Positions 15,864-24,343 of a DNA stretch of 58,909 nt are shown here, in pieces. A program made the translations under genes and the position numbers. The notes under the pieces are model-generated. The model was not told where the DNA came from. It did not search any database and saw only the letters and a program-made list of their open reading frames with translations. Each line of letters opens with the position of its first letter. The stretch's first letter is position 1. This DNA comes from a virus: IMG/VR virus record IMGVR_UViG_3300045988_121717. One strand, written 5' to 3'.

Positions 15864-15908
15864 AAAAAAGACCCCCTCCGGCCATATAGGTCAGAGGGGG
15901 TCTTGCTA
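15864..15908. terminator. Bidirectional rho-independent terminator between convergent genes
   Basis: Stem AGACCCCCTC/GAGGGGGTCT, with an A-run on one side and a T-run on the other. It closes both the + island and the minus-strand late operon. Confidence 0.75.
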
Positions 15909-16009
15909 TACCATTATGCCGAGGGTGGCAAAATGGTCATCCATCGCGGTGGAGCCACCGGGATGGTCGATTTTGTTGAGGTCAACAAAATGGTGGCATC
16001 AACAAATCA

Positions 16010-16264
16010 TCAGAAGCCGTTCTGCTTCATGCGGTCGTAGGTCTTATCGGCCTCCATCGCCGCCTGAGTGAAGCTGTTGTTGTACCACCAGTTGATGAGG
16101 GCGGTGACAGTGGTGATGCCGGTGGTCACCAACTGTTCAACGGTGGAGCTCTCGATGGGCAGTGGGGACTTGCCGAATGCGCTGAGAATCTGGTTTGCCA
16201 GAGCCAGCAGCAGTGCGGCAGTGCGAGCGATGGTGGCGGCGGTAATCTTGTTGGTGTACTTCAT
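16010..16264 (-). CDS. Holin, SPP1-family-like (84 aa)
   Basis: Two hydrophobic segments and the motif WWYNNSFTQAAMEAD, typical of SPP1-type holins. Lies downstream of the endolysin gene, after the holin-like ORF. Confidence 0.65.
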   Translation of the reverse strand: MKYTNKITAATIARTAALLLALANQILSAFGKSPLPIESSTVEQLVTTGITTVTALINWWYNNSFTQAAMEADKTYDRMKQNGF

Positions 16265-16284
16265 GGTATTATTCCTTTCTCAAA

Positions 16285-16572
16285 TCAGTTGTCGTGAATA
16301 GGCAGGGCCTTGGCTCTGTTAAAAAGTTCCGTCCCGGTCCCATTTCCGCCTAAAGCGTGGTAGCTTCGGTAGAGGTATTCGAGGTTTTTCAGGCCAGCCA
16401 TGTCGATATACCCCTGCTGGATATAATGCTGGCAAGCCTGATAAATGCGGTCGTGCAGAATCGCCAGTACGCCGTTGAGTAGAGCTTTGTACTTGATGGC
16501 CACCGCGATGACAGCAGTACCGAGAAGCCCAAACGCCCACTCAGCCCAATACTGGATGATGAAATCCCACAT
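16285..16572 (-). CDS. Putative second holin or holin-like membrane protein (95 aa)
   Basis: N-terminal TM helix WAEWAFGLLGTAVIAVAI, between the endolysin and holin genes. The ATG at 16572 follows GAGGGGG. Confidence 0.5.
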   Translation of the reverse strand: MWDFIIQYWAEWAFGLLGTAVIAVAIKYKALLNGVLAILHDRIYQACQHYIQQGYIDMAGLKNLEYLYRSYHALGGNGTGTELFNRAKALPIHDN

Positions 16573-16587
16573 CGGTATCACCCCCTC

Positions 16588-17247
16588 TCACAGATACTTG
16601 CTTGCGCCAGACAGTGCGGTCCAGCTCTTAGGACCGCAGATGCCATCGGGCACGAGGCCGTGCTTCTGCTGGGCGAGCATCAGAGCCTTGGTCGTACCAG
16701 AGCCAAAGATGCCGTCAGCGTTGACCTTCAGGAGCTTCTGGAGCATGATGGTCGCGCTGCGATTTGCAGCTCCAGAGCACCCCTGTTTGATGGTCGGGAG
16801 GATGAATGCGTTGTAGCTGGTACTGGGGTACTGTCCGGGCGTGGTGCAGAGCCATGTGGCCTTGCCGCCCCGCGTGTCGGTGTGTACGAATGCTCCCCTG
16901 CTGTGCCAGTAGATGCCGATGCCGCCAAACCCAGCTTTCTGGGCCAGAATGCCAAGGCAGACAGGGTTGACGGAGCGGTCTTCCGTTCTCCAGTCGGCAG
17001 CGATGCCGTACAGATGACGGCTCTGCTTGCTGCCGCCGACTTTCTTGCTGGCGTTGTGGCTGACACAGCGGTAGCCGCTGGTGATACGGATTTTCTTGCC
17101 GAGCTTGTCCCGGATGCCCTGAATCTTATCGGCAAGCTCCTGCTCGATCATCTGCGAGTTGCATCCGCAAGGGCAAGCAAACTCGCTGCGTGTGAAGTTC
17201 TCGGTCAGGGCGGTCTTATCGCCGCTCTTGAATGTGACAATACTCAC
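16588..17247 (-). CDS. Endolysin: peptidase M15-like domain + C-terminal peptidoglycan-binding domain
   Basis: SGYRCVSHNASKKVGGSKQSRHLYGIAAD...HTD is the zinc peptidase M15 pattern. The C-terminus has a DGIFG...DGICGPKSW PG_binding_1-like repeat. GTG start after AGGAGG. Confidence 0.75.
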   Translation of the reverse strand: MSIVTFKSGDKTALTENFTRSEFACPCGCNSQMIEQELADKIQGIRDKLGKKIRITSGYRCVSHNASKKVGGSKQSRHLYGIAADWRTEDRSVNPVCLGILAQKAGFGGIGIYWHSRGAFVHTDTRGGKATWLCTTPGQYPSTSYNAFILPTIKQGCSGAANRSATIMLQKLLKVNADGIFGSGTTKALMLAQQKHGLVPDGICGPKSWTALSGASKYL

Positions 17248-17268
17248 CTTGAGCCTCCTGTATCTGGC

Positions 17269-17493
17269 TCACCGCAGAGCGAACGGCGAGCTTTCTTCGG
17301 ATTCGGCCAAACGTTCTGCTTCGTCCATGATGGCATCGGTCACATCATCCTTGCCGCGCTCATACGACTTCCAGATGAGGTGATTATGGAGGTTCAACAC
17401 CTTCTCCTCGTTCTCCTTGGTGCGCTGGAGGCCGAGGATGCCGTAGGCTGCCATTTCGAGCAGGTCGTGGCTGTAATACTCGCCCTTACGCAT
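17269..17493 (-). CDS. Hypothetical protein (74 aa)
   Basis: Internal start MRKGEYY of ORF 17269-17580, overlapping the upstream stop. Confidence 0.45.
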   Translation of the reverse strand: MRKGEYYSHDLLEMAAYGILGLQRTKENEEKVLNLHNHLIWKSYERGKDDVTDAIMDEAERLAESEESSPFALR

Positions 17494-17593
17494 CGGCTTT
17501 GAGAAGGGCTTTAACGGCGGCCTGATAACGCTCAGGCACGTCGTCAATCGTGATCTTGTGCATCCTGATCTGCATAGCATAGAACTTAGCCAT
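17486..17593 (-). CDS. XkdX-like small phage protein (35 aa, MAKFYAMQIRMHKITIDDVPERYQAAVKALL...)
   Basis: Start follows GGAGGTGG. Size, position after the fibre genes and the I..DDVP...V pattern resemble XkdX-type proteins. Confidence 0.45.
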   Translation of the reverse strand: MAKFYAMQIRMHKITIDDVPERYQAAVKALLKADA

Positions 17594-17963
17594 TGAGAAC
17601 CACCTCCACAAACTCCATAAAGGCACCTTCCAGTGCCTCGACGCGCTCAGACAGCGTAGGCTCATCATTGCGCTTGGCATCGTCGTCTTCGGCCTCCTGC
17701 TGGGTCTTGCCGCTGGCAATGTCCCACCAGTAATCGAACTTGGCAGTCACCTCATCGGCAGTCACTTCACCGCGATAGCGGTACTGCATCTCCTCGCAGG
17801 AGAACGCAGTGGACTCCTGCTCGACGGAGTTGCCGTCGTCATCGGTGACGGTGTTGGTCAGGGTGCATTCCTTGATGTCACGGCGCAGAATGATGTCCGT
17901 GCCAGTGCTGACAGGATGCACCTCAACAGCCAGAGGCTGCAACGAGTAGAATTCTTTGCTCAT
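17586..17963 (-). CDS. Hypothetical acidic protein (125 aa), in the XkdW-like position
   Basis: ORF track. RBS AAAGGAG. Overlaps the RT 3' end by 41 nt. Confidence 0.55.
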   Translation of the reverse strand: MSKEFYSLQPLAVEVHPVSTGTDIILRRDIKECTLTNTVTDDDGNSVEQESTAFSCEEMQYRYRGEVTADEVTAKFDYWWDIASGKTQQEAEDDDAKRNDEPTLSERVEALEGAFMEFVEVVLNG

Positions 17964-19164
17964 TTTTCACATACTCCTTTCGGCCATGTGTACTAACGCT
18001 CTGACGAGCGAGCTTCAATAACGGATAAAAGCGATATGCTACGGCGAACTTCACACTATCGGAGAACTTCACCCAGCCCTTGTAGGCCGTGATGCGGCAA
18101 GCTCTCCACCACGGCAGATAGCCGAGCCGCTTGATGTCATTCCATGCTCGCAGGACTTGCTTGCGGATGCGTAGGAAAATGCGGCCTCGGATGATGGTGT
18201 AGGTTCTGCGAATGACAAAACCCATCATGTCCACGCCTTCGGTGCGCCGGTGGCTGCCAGCGGCTCTCTCGCGGTGTACCTCTTTCTCCTTATCGAACGT
18301 GTCTGGCCGGTAAATCTGCCACGCAGGTTTGATATTGATGCCGAGGTGGTCCTTAGCCCACTTGGTCGATTTTCGTATGACCTTGACGAGCTGCGAATAG
18401 AATCCGAACAAAGAAAAATCGTCCGCATAGCAGACGACGGCTTTGACGTATGCGGTTCGCACTCCACGGCGGCATTGAGCAAGGCTCATTGCATACCGCA
18501 GAACATAGGACATGACGTAGTTGAACAGCCATGTGGAGAGGTAGCTGCCAATGCAGAGATGGTCGCCCGGATAGTTCTCCATCAACGCGCCGACAAACCA
18601 CAGCAGCGGCTTATTCTTACCGATGTCGCGGTTCAGCAGGGTCATGGAGCATTCGACAGTGACAGAGGGGTACGCCTTCTTGACATCGCCTTTCGCAACG
18701 GTGATTTTGCATTTCAGCTTGATGCGGAGAATGCGTTCGATTTTCCGTTTGCCGAGGACTTGGCCGCGTCCGGGGATACTGCCGTATTGAACCGGGAGCA
18801 GTTTGGCGCGGAACAGGGGCATCAACGCTTCAACAGCGATGTACTCCAAGACCTGCTGTTTCGGGCTTTCTTGGCAGATGTCACGGAGCTTCTGCGTAAG
18901 ACCGTCAACACGCTGGAAGCAGCGAATCGGCTTCAGGCCAAGGTTTCGCTCGTTGATGCAGGATGTGAGATAGTCGTTGTAGGCGGCGATGGCTGCGTTG
19001 GTTTTTGGCCGGTCATTGTGCTTGTCCAGCCGCTCAAAAGCAATCTCGCTTTTCTTTATCAGGCCAGTATGAACCAGTTCGCGCTGGAAGTCGTTCCGTT
19101 TCAACTTGCCCTTGAATGCTTTAACGGTAGCAGGAAGATTGAATGCTGCGGAGTCAATGTTCAC
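17923..19164 (-). CDS. Reverse transcriptase of a diversity-generating retroelement
   Basis: VVCYADDFSLFG (YxDD motif), SIPGRGQ, IGSYLSTWLFNYV (DGR-type motif 4-like). Lies immediately 3' of the template repeat. GTG start. Confidence 0.85.
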   Translation of the reverse strand: MNIDSAAFNLPATVKAFKGKLKRNDFQRELVHTGLIKKSEIAFERLDKHNDRPKTNAAIAAYNDYLTSCINERNLGLKPIRCFQRVDGLTQKLRDICQESPKQQVLEYIAVEALMPLFRAKLLPVQYGSIPGRGQVLGKRKIERILRIKLKCKITVAKGDVKKAYPSVTVECSMTLLNRDIGKNKPLLWFVGALMENYPGDHLCIGSYLSTWLFNYVMSYVLRYAMSLAQCRRGVRTAYVKAVVCYADDFSLFGFYSQLVKVIRKSTKWAKDHLGINIKPAWQIYRPDTFDKEKEVHRERAAGSHRRTEGVDMMGFVIRRTYTIIRGRIFLRIRKQVLRAWNDIKRLGYLPWWRACRITAYKGWVKFSDSVKFAVAYRFYPLLKLARQSVSTHGRKEYVKNEQRILLVAASGC

Positions 19165-19338
19165 CTCCGCTGGTTTGCATCTCGTGATCGTACTTTGCTA
19201 CCTTCTTTCTGTATATCATCTGGTTACTATCGGTGGTCTTCCCTTTCAGTACCAACCTCCGCCGGTTTCAAGCAATTTTCGCACATAAGCGAGGATGCTG
19301 TGGTGCAATGATTTTCGGATATACATTCCGCTCGTAAC

Positions 19339-19492
19339 CAGTTGCGCCAAGAGAGCCGTTCCAGTTCGCGTTCCCGACCGAATTGTTCGAGTTGCGGCAA
19401 GCCACACCGTCATTGCCACCGTCATTGAGGTTGCCGAAGCACCACCCAGCACGGAGACCAGAGGTGGACGGTTCGCAGTTGAAGCCGGCCTT
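19339..19492 (-). repeat. DGR template repeat (TR), non-coding
   Basis: 154 bp with 139/154 identity to 19598-19751. All 15 differences have T on the + strand (A on the minus strand) in this copy. Confidence 0.9.
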
Positions 19493-19521
19493 CTTAATCA
19501 CCACAGTACCCTTTTCGTTTC

Positions 19522-19556
19522 TTGTACAAAAAACGATGAGGGGCTTGCTGCCCCTC
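19522..19556 (-). terminator. GC-rich hairpin plus T-run downstream of the DGR target gene (terminator and/or DGR homing hairpin)
   Basis: GAGGGGC-agcaa-GCCCCTC, followed by atcgtttttt on the minus strand, about 27 nt after the target stop codon. Confidence 0.65.
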
Positions 19557-19583
19557 TTGTCCAGAGGACAATTCACCCCGCCG

Positions 19584-21284
19584 TTACCCGGCAATGTCAG
19601 GTGCGCCAAGAGAGCCGGACCAGTCCGCGTACCCGACCGAATTGTCCGAGTTGCGGCAAGCCACACCGTCACTGCCACCGCCAAGGAGGCCGCCGAAGCA
19701 CCACCCAGCACGGAGACCAGAGGGGGACGGTCCGCAGTAGAAGCCGGCCTTACAGCCGACTCCACTGCCGCTTGCCTGAACGCCAGTGGGCCACTCGATG
19801 TCTCCGCAGTCGGTATCCTCGATATACTGCCAGTGCCAAGAGGTCATAAGGTCTTTCGGCAGAGTCAGCGTCAGACCTTCCTGCTTGACATAATCCTCGG
19901 TGATGGCAGCGCCGCTGACCTTGCTCTGGTCCTTGCAGACGTAGCAGTCAAAGGTGAAGTCCTCATTGGCATCCTTGCCCCACTGCCACAGCTCATCGCT
20001 GATGATGAGGTAGGAGCCGTTCATAAACTCGACCTTCTGGAGCAGGCCGGGTTCCTTGCCGTTGGTGGCATTGTACTTGCTGCCGTCGGTACCAAGAACG
20101 TCGTCGTTCCAGCCGGAGAAGTACGGCATAGTGCTCAGGAGAGTCTGGTCTTTCACGGTATCAAACGTGTCGGTGACATTGACATACACGGCAGAATACT
20201 GGCTGTCAGCGATAGTCACAGGCTCAATGGCGGTAATGCGGACCTCGGTAGCAATATCGTGAACATCGGCCACGTTGCGGTCAGTAGAGCCATCGGTGTC
20301 AGTGCCGATAGACACCGCACTGCCAACGAACAGGTTCGCGGCCTGAGCTACGGTCAGAATGAACCGCTTAACGCCGGTCTCTGCAACGGCTGCCTTGTAC
20401 TGGTAGTTGTAGGAGGTGCAGCCCTCGATGGTGCCGGAGTTGCCCTTGCGAGCGTACTTCAGGCGCATCATGCGGTCGAGGAATTTCATCAAAGACCCAG
20501 AGCCGCCGGAATACTGAGTGCCGCGAGTGCGCCACAGGGTTACGCCGGAGGTATGACTGGTGTAGTTGATTGGTGCGAGGCCGGTGCCGCAGGTGGCCTT
20601 GCCGCCAACCTTGCCAGCGTAATACTTCGGGTGGGCGATATAGGCGTAGACATGGCCGGTGCGGTCCTTGCCCTCGCGCCACTGCTTGAAGCCGGTGGTC
20701 TGGTGGCACTTCATCTGGAGGTGCTGGTAGCCGTCAGCCCGCCATTCACGGACAAAGGTGTTCTTCTGCAACACCCAGCACAGGTGCTCGCCAGAGCGAA
20801 CATCGTCCAGATCGTCGATATGCTCGACGTAGAAGATTTCGTGGCTGCCGTCTTCCTTCTTCTCGGCAGCGACCTCAACGCACCAGAACTGGGGCAGGTG
20901 TGCGAAGTCGTCGCGGCCCGGAGTGGATGCGGTAGACGGAGTGCAGACGAGGCCAACGCTGTCATCGGTCAGCTCGCCGATAGCACTGGTGCTGGTGGCA
21001 TACAACGGAACGGTGCAGCCGTGAACGCGGTCATCGTCCAGCACGTTGCCAAACCAGCGTTCGAGCATCTGAACCTTGCTGTACTTGCTGGAATCGTACT
21101 GAGCCTTCCACCATTCGATGAACAGGCTGTCCACCTCATCCTTGGTGGTAGCCTGAGCGACGAGGTACTTATAGCACAGGTCAGCCGTGCCGGGGGTGGT
21201 ACAGCCGGCAGCGATAGCCCGCTGGATTTCGTTGGCGTGTTTCAGCGTGGTGTCGCGGGGGAAATTGATTACCTGATCTGCCAT
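19584..21284 (-). CDS. Tail fibre / receptor-binding protein, DGR target with a C-terminal variable (C-type-lectin-like) region
   Basis: 566 aa, located after the baseplate genes. The C-terminus GLRAGWCFGGLLGGGSDGVACRNSDNSVGYADWSG carries the VR. RBS AAGGAGGA. Confidence 0.8.
   Translation of the reverse strand: MADQVINFPRDTTLKHANEIQRAIAAGCTTPGTADLCYKYLVAQATTKDEVDSLFIEWWKAQYDSSKYSKVQMLERWFGNVLDDDRVHGCTVPLYATSTSAIGELTDDSVGLVCTPSTASTPGRDDFAHLPQFWCVEVAAEKKEDGSHEIFYVEHIDDLDDVRSGEHLCWVLQKNTFVREWRADGYQHLQMKCHQTTGFKQWREGKDRTGHVYAYIAHPKYYAGKVGGKATCGTGLAPINYTSHTSGVTLWRTRGTQYSGGSGSLMKFLDRMMRLKYARKGNSGTIEGCTSYNYQYKAAVAETGVKRFILTVAQAANLFVGSAVSIGTDTDGSTDRNVADVHDIATEVRITAIEPVTIADSQYSAVYVNVTDTFDTVKDQTLLSTMPYFSGWNDDVLGTDGSKYNATNGKEPGLLQKVEFMNGSYLIISDELWQWGKDANEDFTFDCYVCKDQSKVSGAAITEDYVKQEGLTLTLPKDLMTSWHWQYIEDTDCGDIEWPTGVQASGSGVGCKAGFYCGPSPSGLRAGWCFGGLLGGGSDGVACRNSDNSVGYADWSGSLGAPDIAG
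19598..19751 (-). repeat. DGR variable repeat (VR), within the last ~56 codons of the target gene
   Basis: Counterpart of the TR. It ends 11 nt before the stop codon. TR Asn (AAC) codons correspond to Tyr/Gly/Leu/Ser/Asp in the VR. Confidence 0.9.
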
Positions 21285-21287
21285 GGG

Positions 21288-21515
21288 TTAGTCCTCCTTG
21301 ATGATAAAATTCAGGCCGCCATCAGTTTCATCGAATGCGGCATGTACCTTGCGGTTTTCGATAGCGATGATGCGCCGGTGGTTTTCTGCCGTGTTTGCCA
21401 TCAACTGCTTGGGAGCCTGATTGATGTTGTCGGCATGGTTGGTATCGGTCGTCTCGGTAATCTCGATGGACTCCGAATAGGCCGCCGTCTTAGGGTCAAC
21501 GGTGTATTTCTTCAT
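21288..21515 (-). CDS. Hypothetical tail-associated protein (75 aa)
   Basis: ORF track. RBS GGAAGGAG. Confidence 0.55.
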   Translation of the reverse strand: MKKYTVDPKTAAYSESIEITETTDTNHADNINQAPKQLMANTAENHRRIIAIENRKVHAAFDETDGGLNFIIKED

Positions 21516-21536
21516 CCTGTACTCCTTCCTGCCGGC

Positions 21537-21920
21537 TTAGAACACATCGTCCAGCGTGTAGGTCATCTGGATGTCGTCGTCCTTGCCCTTGGCCGTGAAG
21601 GTCTTGATGCAGACGAGGTCGTTGCTTGCATCATACAGGCCGATCTCGCTGATGCTCTTACCTGCCAGCTCGCTTTCGGTCAGGGTGCATTCGTAGCGGA
21701 TGGAGGTGTCGGACAGAACGCTGTAACCGTCGATTTTCTTGCGGTACATCTCAGCGGTCAGGGTGGTCTGGTTGTCAGTCGGCGGGACGACCTCGCCTTT
21801 GCTGTTCACGCCGCCAGAACCAAAAGCCATACCGACGATTTTGGGCAGGGAGATGATACCTGCTCTCGCCTGTACGAGCTTCTTTCTGGCGGTCTTGGTG
21901 ATGATGACATTTTTCGCCAT
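21537..21920 (-). CDS. Tail-collar fibre-like protein (127 aa)
   Basis: N-terminus ITKTARKKLVQARAGIISLPKIVGMAFGSGG resembles the phage tail-collar fibre (DUF3751-like) pattern. RBS AAGGAGG. Confidence 0.5.
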   Translation of the reverse strand: MAKNVIITKTARKKLVQARAGIISLPKIVGMAFGSGGVNSKGEVVPPTDNQTTLTAEMYRKKIDGYSVLSDTSIRYECTLTESELAGKSISEIGLYDASNDLVCIKTFTAKGKDDDIQMTYTLDDVF

Positions 21921-23195
21921 TTAGATAGCCTCCTTGTGATACTCAGAATCAAGAATCCTTGTGCCGTCCAGCCTGAGAGAGCCGTTCAGGTACGCAAGGT
22001 CCTTTCGGGTGATGAGTGTGACATCTTCCATTTCCTCGGAAATACGAGGGGTCGTAGATGCCACCGCAGCGGATACAGGCCACGGCTGCCGGGACTTATC
22101 CAGCAGCTCGCTGCCGTCCAGTTTGGCAGAGCCGTCCAGCTTCAGCGTGGTCCAGAAGTGGACTTCTCCGTCATACTCAACCCTGCCGCTGGCATAGTCC
22201 TCGGAAAGCTCGGTTTTCAGCGGAATACGGAGCCGTCGGATGATGGCTTCATTCTGCGTAAAGAGTCGTCCGAGCCTATACTTGATAGCCGCCGGCCAGT
22301 CTTGCCTAGACCAGTTGAGCGTTTCGGAACCATCCAGAAGGACGGAGCCGTCAAGCCGCAGAGCTGGCCAGAAATACACGGCCATTTCTTGCCGCGATCT
22401 CAGCCCGGTATACTGCTCGGTCACGCCGTACTGGAGCCAAATCCTCATTCTGTTCAGGTCGATGCTCTGCGGGGTGTAGAACTCACCCTGCCGGTACATC
22501 AGGCCAAGAATCAGGTCGTACTCGCGCATGGAATCAAGCAGCATGGAGCCGTCGAGGTATCCGCTGCCATCAAGCAAAGCCGCCCTCCAGAACAGAACGG
22601 CGGCTTTGATGTTGATATTCCGCAGGAGCATCTGTTCAAGCGTGGTACAGTCGAGAACAGTGTCCATGCGGTCGATGATTGTGTAGGTCGTGTGCGACTG
22701 CTTGGCGGAATCAAGCAGCCGCTTCACAGCCTTGGTGTTCAGCGAGCCATCGCCTACGAATACAGCGATGAATGCGTTCGGGTGGCTGACCTTATAGCCA
22801 TACTTGCCGCCATCGTGGATGTCTGCGATGTTCGCCCAGAAGCCGGTGACGTTCGCCAGCATGGTCTCCATGCGGTACGGAGTCATCGGTGCGCGTTGGT
22901 CGCGCTTCTCGTAGATGAGCTTCCTGCGCTCGTCATAGGAGAGATAGTCGCGCACAGGCAGCCCCCACTTGAGCTCATGGTACATCAAGCCCCATGTGGC
23001 GGTTTCAGGGAAGAACTGGAGAGGAAGCTCTTCTGCAATAAGCCGCTCGGCCTCGTCAAATTCAAGACCCATGACTTGATACAGCCACTTGCCAACGTAG
23101 GACTGGTCGTAGAATCCGGGGGTGACCGTGGCAAGCATATTCTGTGCGCTTTGGCTGGTGGGAAAGTTTTCAAGGTCAATTTTCTTAGCCCTCAT
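21921..23195 (-). CDS. Baseplate protein (XkdU/gpI-like, DUF2313-like N-terminus) with C-terminal LDGS repeats
   Basis: Follows the baseplate J gene. The C-terminal half carries 3-4 repeats of FW..L.LDGS..LDGS..L. Confidence 0.6.
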   Translation of the reverse strand: MRAKKIDLENFPTSQSAQNMLATVTPGFYDQSYVGKWLYQVMGLEFDEAERLIAEELPLQFFPETATWGLMYHELKWGLPVRDYLSYDERRKLIYEKRDQRAPMTPYRMETMLANVTGFWANIADIHDGGKYGYKVSHPNAFIAVFVGDGSLNTKAVKRLLDSAKQSHTTYTIIDRMDTVLDCTTLEQMLLRNINIKAAVLFWRAALLDGSGYLDGSMLLDSMREYDLILGLMYRQGEFYTPQSIDLNRMRIWLQYGVTEQYTGLRSRQEMAVYFWPALRLDGSVLLDGSETLNWSRQDWPAAIKYRLGRLFTQNEAIIRRLRIPLKTELSEDYASGRVEYDGEVHFWTTLKLDGSAKLDGSELLDKSRQPWPVSAAVASTTPRISEEMEDVTLITRKDLAYLNGSLRLDGTRILDSEYHKEAI

Positions 23196-23208
23196 TCAGT
23201 GATACCTC

Positions 23209-24330
23209 CTAGCTGAACTTCACAGTGCCGGTGGCAGGATATTCGATGTTCGCCAGCGTGATGTTGTTCATGCTGCCGTTCATCATAAATTCCGAGAAGT
23301 CAGTCACGCCAGAGATGTCGGCCAGCAGCGGGCGAATATCGTTGTACCGAAGGACGTTGTTGGCCTTGGCCTCCTCGTACTTCGTCTTGACCAACGCCTC
23401 AAACTGCGCCGTGATTTCCTCGATGGAGGTGTGCTCACTGTCGTAGATGAGGCCGGTACAGGTGTAGTTCACGCTAACAGTCGTGGCCGCTGCACAGGTC
23501 AGTTCTGCGCAGCCGGTGGGCAACAGGCGGGCTGCCCGGTCTGCCGGCGACACGATATGGTTGAACACTGCGTCGATCAGCTCCTTGTTCGCGGGCTGGC
23601 CGTTTCCATCAACCAGAACAAGCCGGACAGTGCCGGGGCCTTTCCATGCGGGGTCAACGATGCAGTCCCCTGCCCCAGCTTCTTTCGCCCACCGCTTGTA
23701 GTCGGTGTCGTTGCCGAGGTAGGTCATGCTGTTGCTGTACTCCACCGCGATGCGGTCATAGAAGTCATCGTCGGTTTCACGCTCGGTGCCGCCGGTGATG
23801 CCGTCCTTGTTCGTGATGGACGTGATGTTGTTGATGGGCCTCATCAACAGGATAACGGTGTCGGCCTTGACATTGGAGTTGGTTCCGGCCTCCACAGCAG
23901 TCACATTGATGTCGATGCTCCCGCCTTCAGGGATAGCGGCATCTGCATCAGACTGAAACTCGATAGAGGGTCCGTCGTTGGTGGCCGTGGTGCAGAAGAC
24001 TGTCCCTGCCGGCAGCTCTGTGCCAGCGGAGCCGGTAACGGTGACAACGCCGGTAGCGTGGGCAGCCTCATGCCGCGTCAGGTGGACCTGCTGGCCATGG
24101 AGGTCCAGCCACTCATCCCATGCGTACTGCGGGTACGCGATCATCAAGGCTCTCAGCAGGTGGAAGTTGATGAGCTCGGACTTCTCAATGGCCGTTGGGC
24201 GGGTCATATCGTAGGGGAAGCCACCGGGCATATCGTCGATGTCGTCGGGCAGCTCGGCCATCATTCTGCGGTGAATGTCATCGGCAGATGTTCCATCCAT
24301 GAAGTCAGGCCGGGTAAATTCAGGTTGCAT
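23209..24330 (-). CDS. Baseplate J-like protein (XkdT-like)
   Basis: 373 aa. The N-terminal pattern ...MPGGFPYDMTRPTAIE...YPQYAWDEWLDLHG and its position match baseplate J. Confidence 0.7.
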   Translation of the reverse strand: MQPEFTRPDFMDGTSADDIHRRMMAELPDDIDDMPGGFPYDMTRPTAIEKSELINFHLLRALMIAYPQYAWDEWLDLHGQQVHLTRHEAAHATGVVTVTGSAGTELPAGTVFCTTATNDGPSIEFQSDADAAIPEGGSIDINVTAVEAGTNSNVKADTVILLMRPINNITSITNKDGITGGTERETDDDFYDRIAVEYSNSMTYLGNDTDYKRWAKEAGAGDCIVDPAWKGPGTVRLVLVDGNGQPANKELIDAVFNHIVSPADRAARLLPTGCAELTCAAATTVSVNYTCTGLIYDSEHTSIEEITAQFEALVKTKYEEAKANNVLRYNDIRPLLADISGVTDFSEFMMNGSMNNITLANIEYPATGTVKFS

Positions 24331-24343
24331 ATCATCACTTCCT

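Noticed and set aside
17486-17719. The full 77-aa ORF 17486-17719. The long N-terminal extensions of ORFs 169-543, 4063-4605, 5487-5912, 6350-6817, 8616-9155, 9345-9677 and 54244-55260 raise the same question.
   Set aside because: The upstream parts overlap neighbouring genes in another frame and are Arg/Ser/Pro-rich. Internal starts with strong GGAGG-type RBSs give compact, non-overlapping genes.
17586-17963. The 125-aa ORF next to the RT as the DGR accessory protein Avd.
   Set aside because: It is strongly acidic and not obviously a four-helix bundle, whereas Avd proteins are small, basic helical bundles. It more likely belongs to the fibre/XkdW-like set.
19268-19765. 165-aa ORF on the minus strand covering the TR, and ORF 19246-19452.
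   Set aside because: It reads through the non-coding template repeat and the intergenic hairpin. Its apparent similarity to the fibre C-terminus is simply the TR/VR homology.
19383-23216. 1277-aa ORF on the + strand. Similar long + strand ORFs lie at 27636-31655, 32859-34298, 36894-38273, 16660-17502, 25488-26258, 43015-44103 and elsewhere.
   Set aside because: These are antisense shadows of well-supported minus-strand structural genes. Their composition is Ala/Gly/Arg/Val-rich and low-complexity, they lack RBSs, and each region is already explained by a minus-strand gene with a strong RBS and recognisable family motifs.
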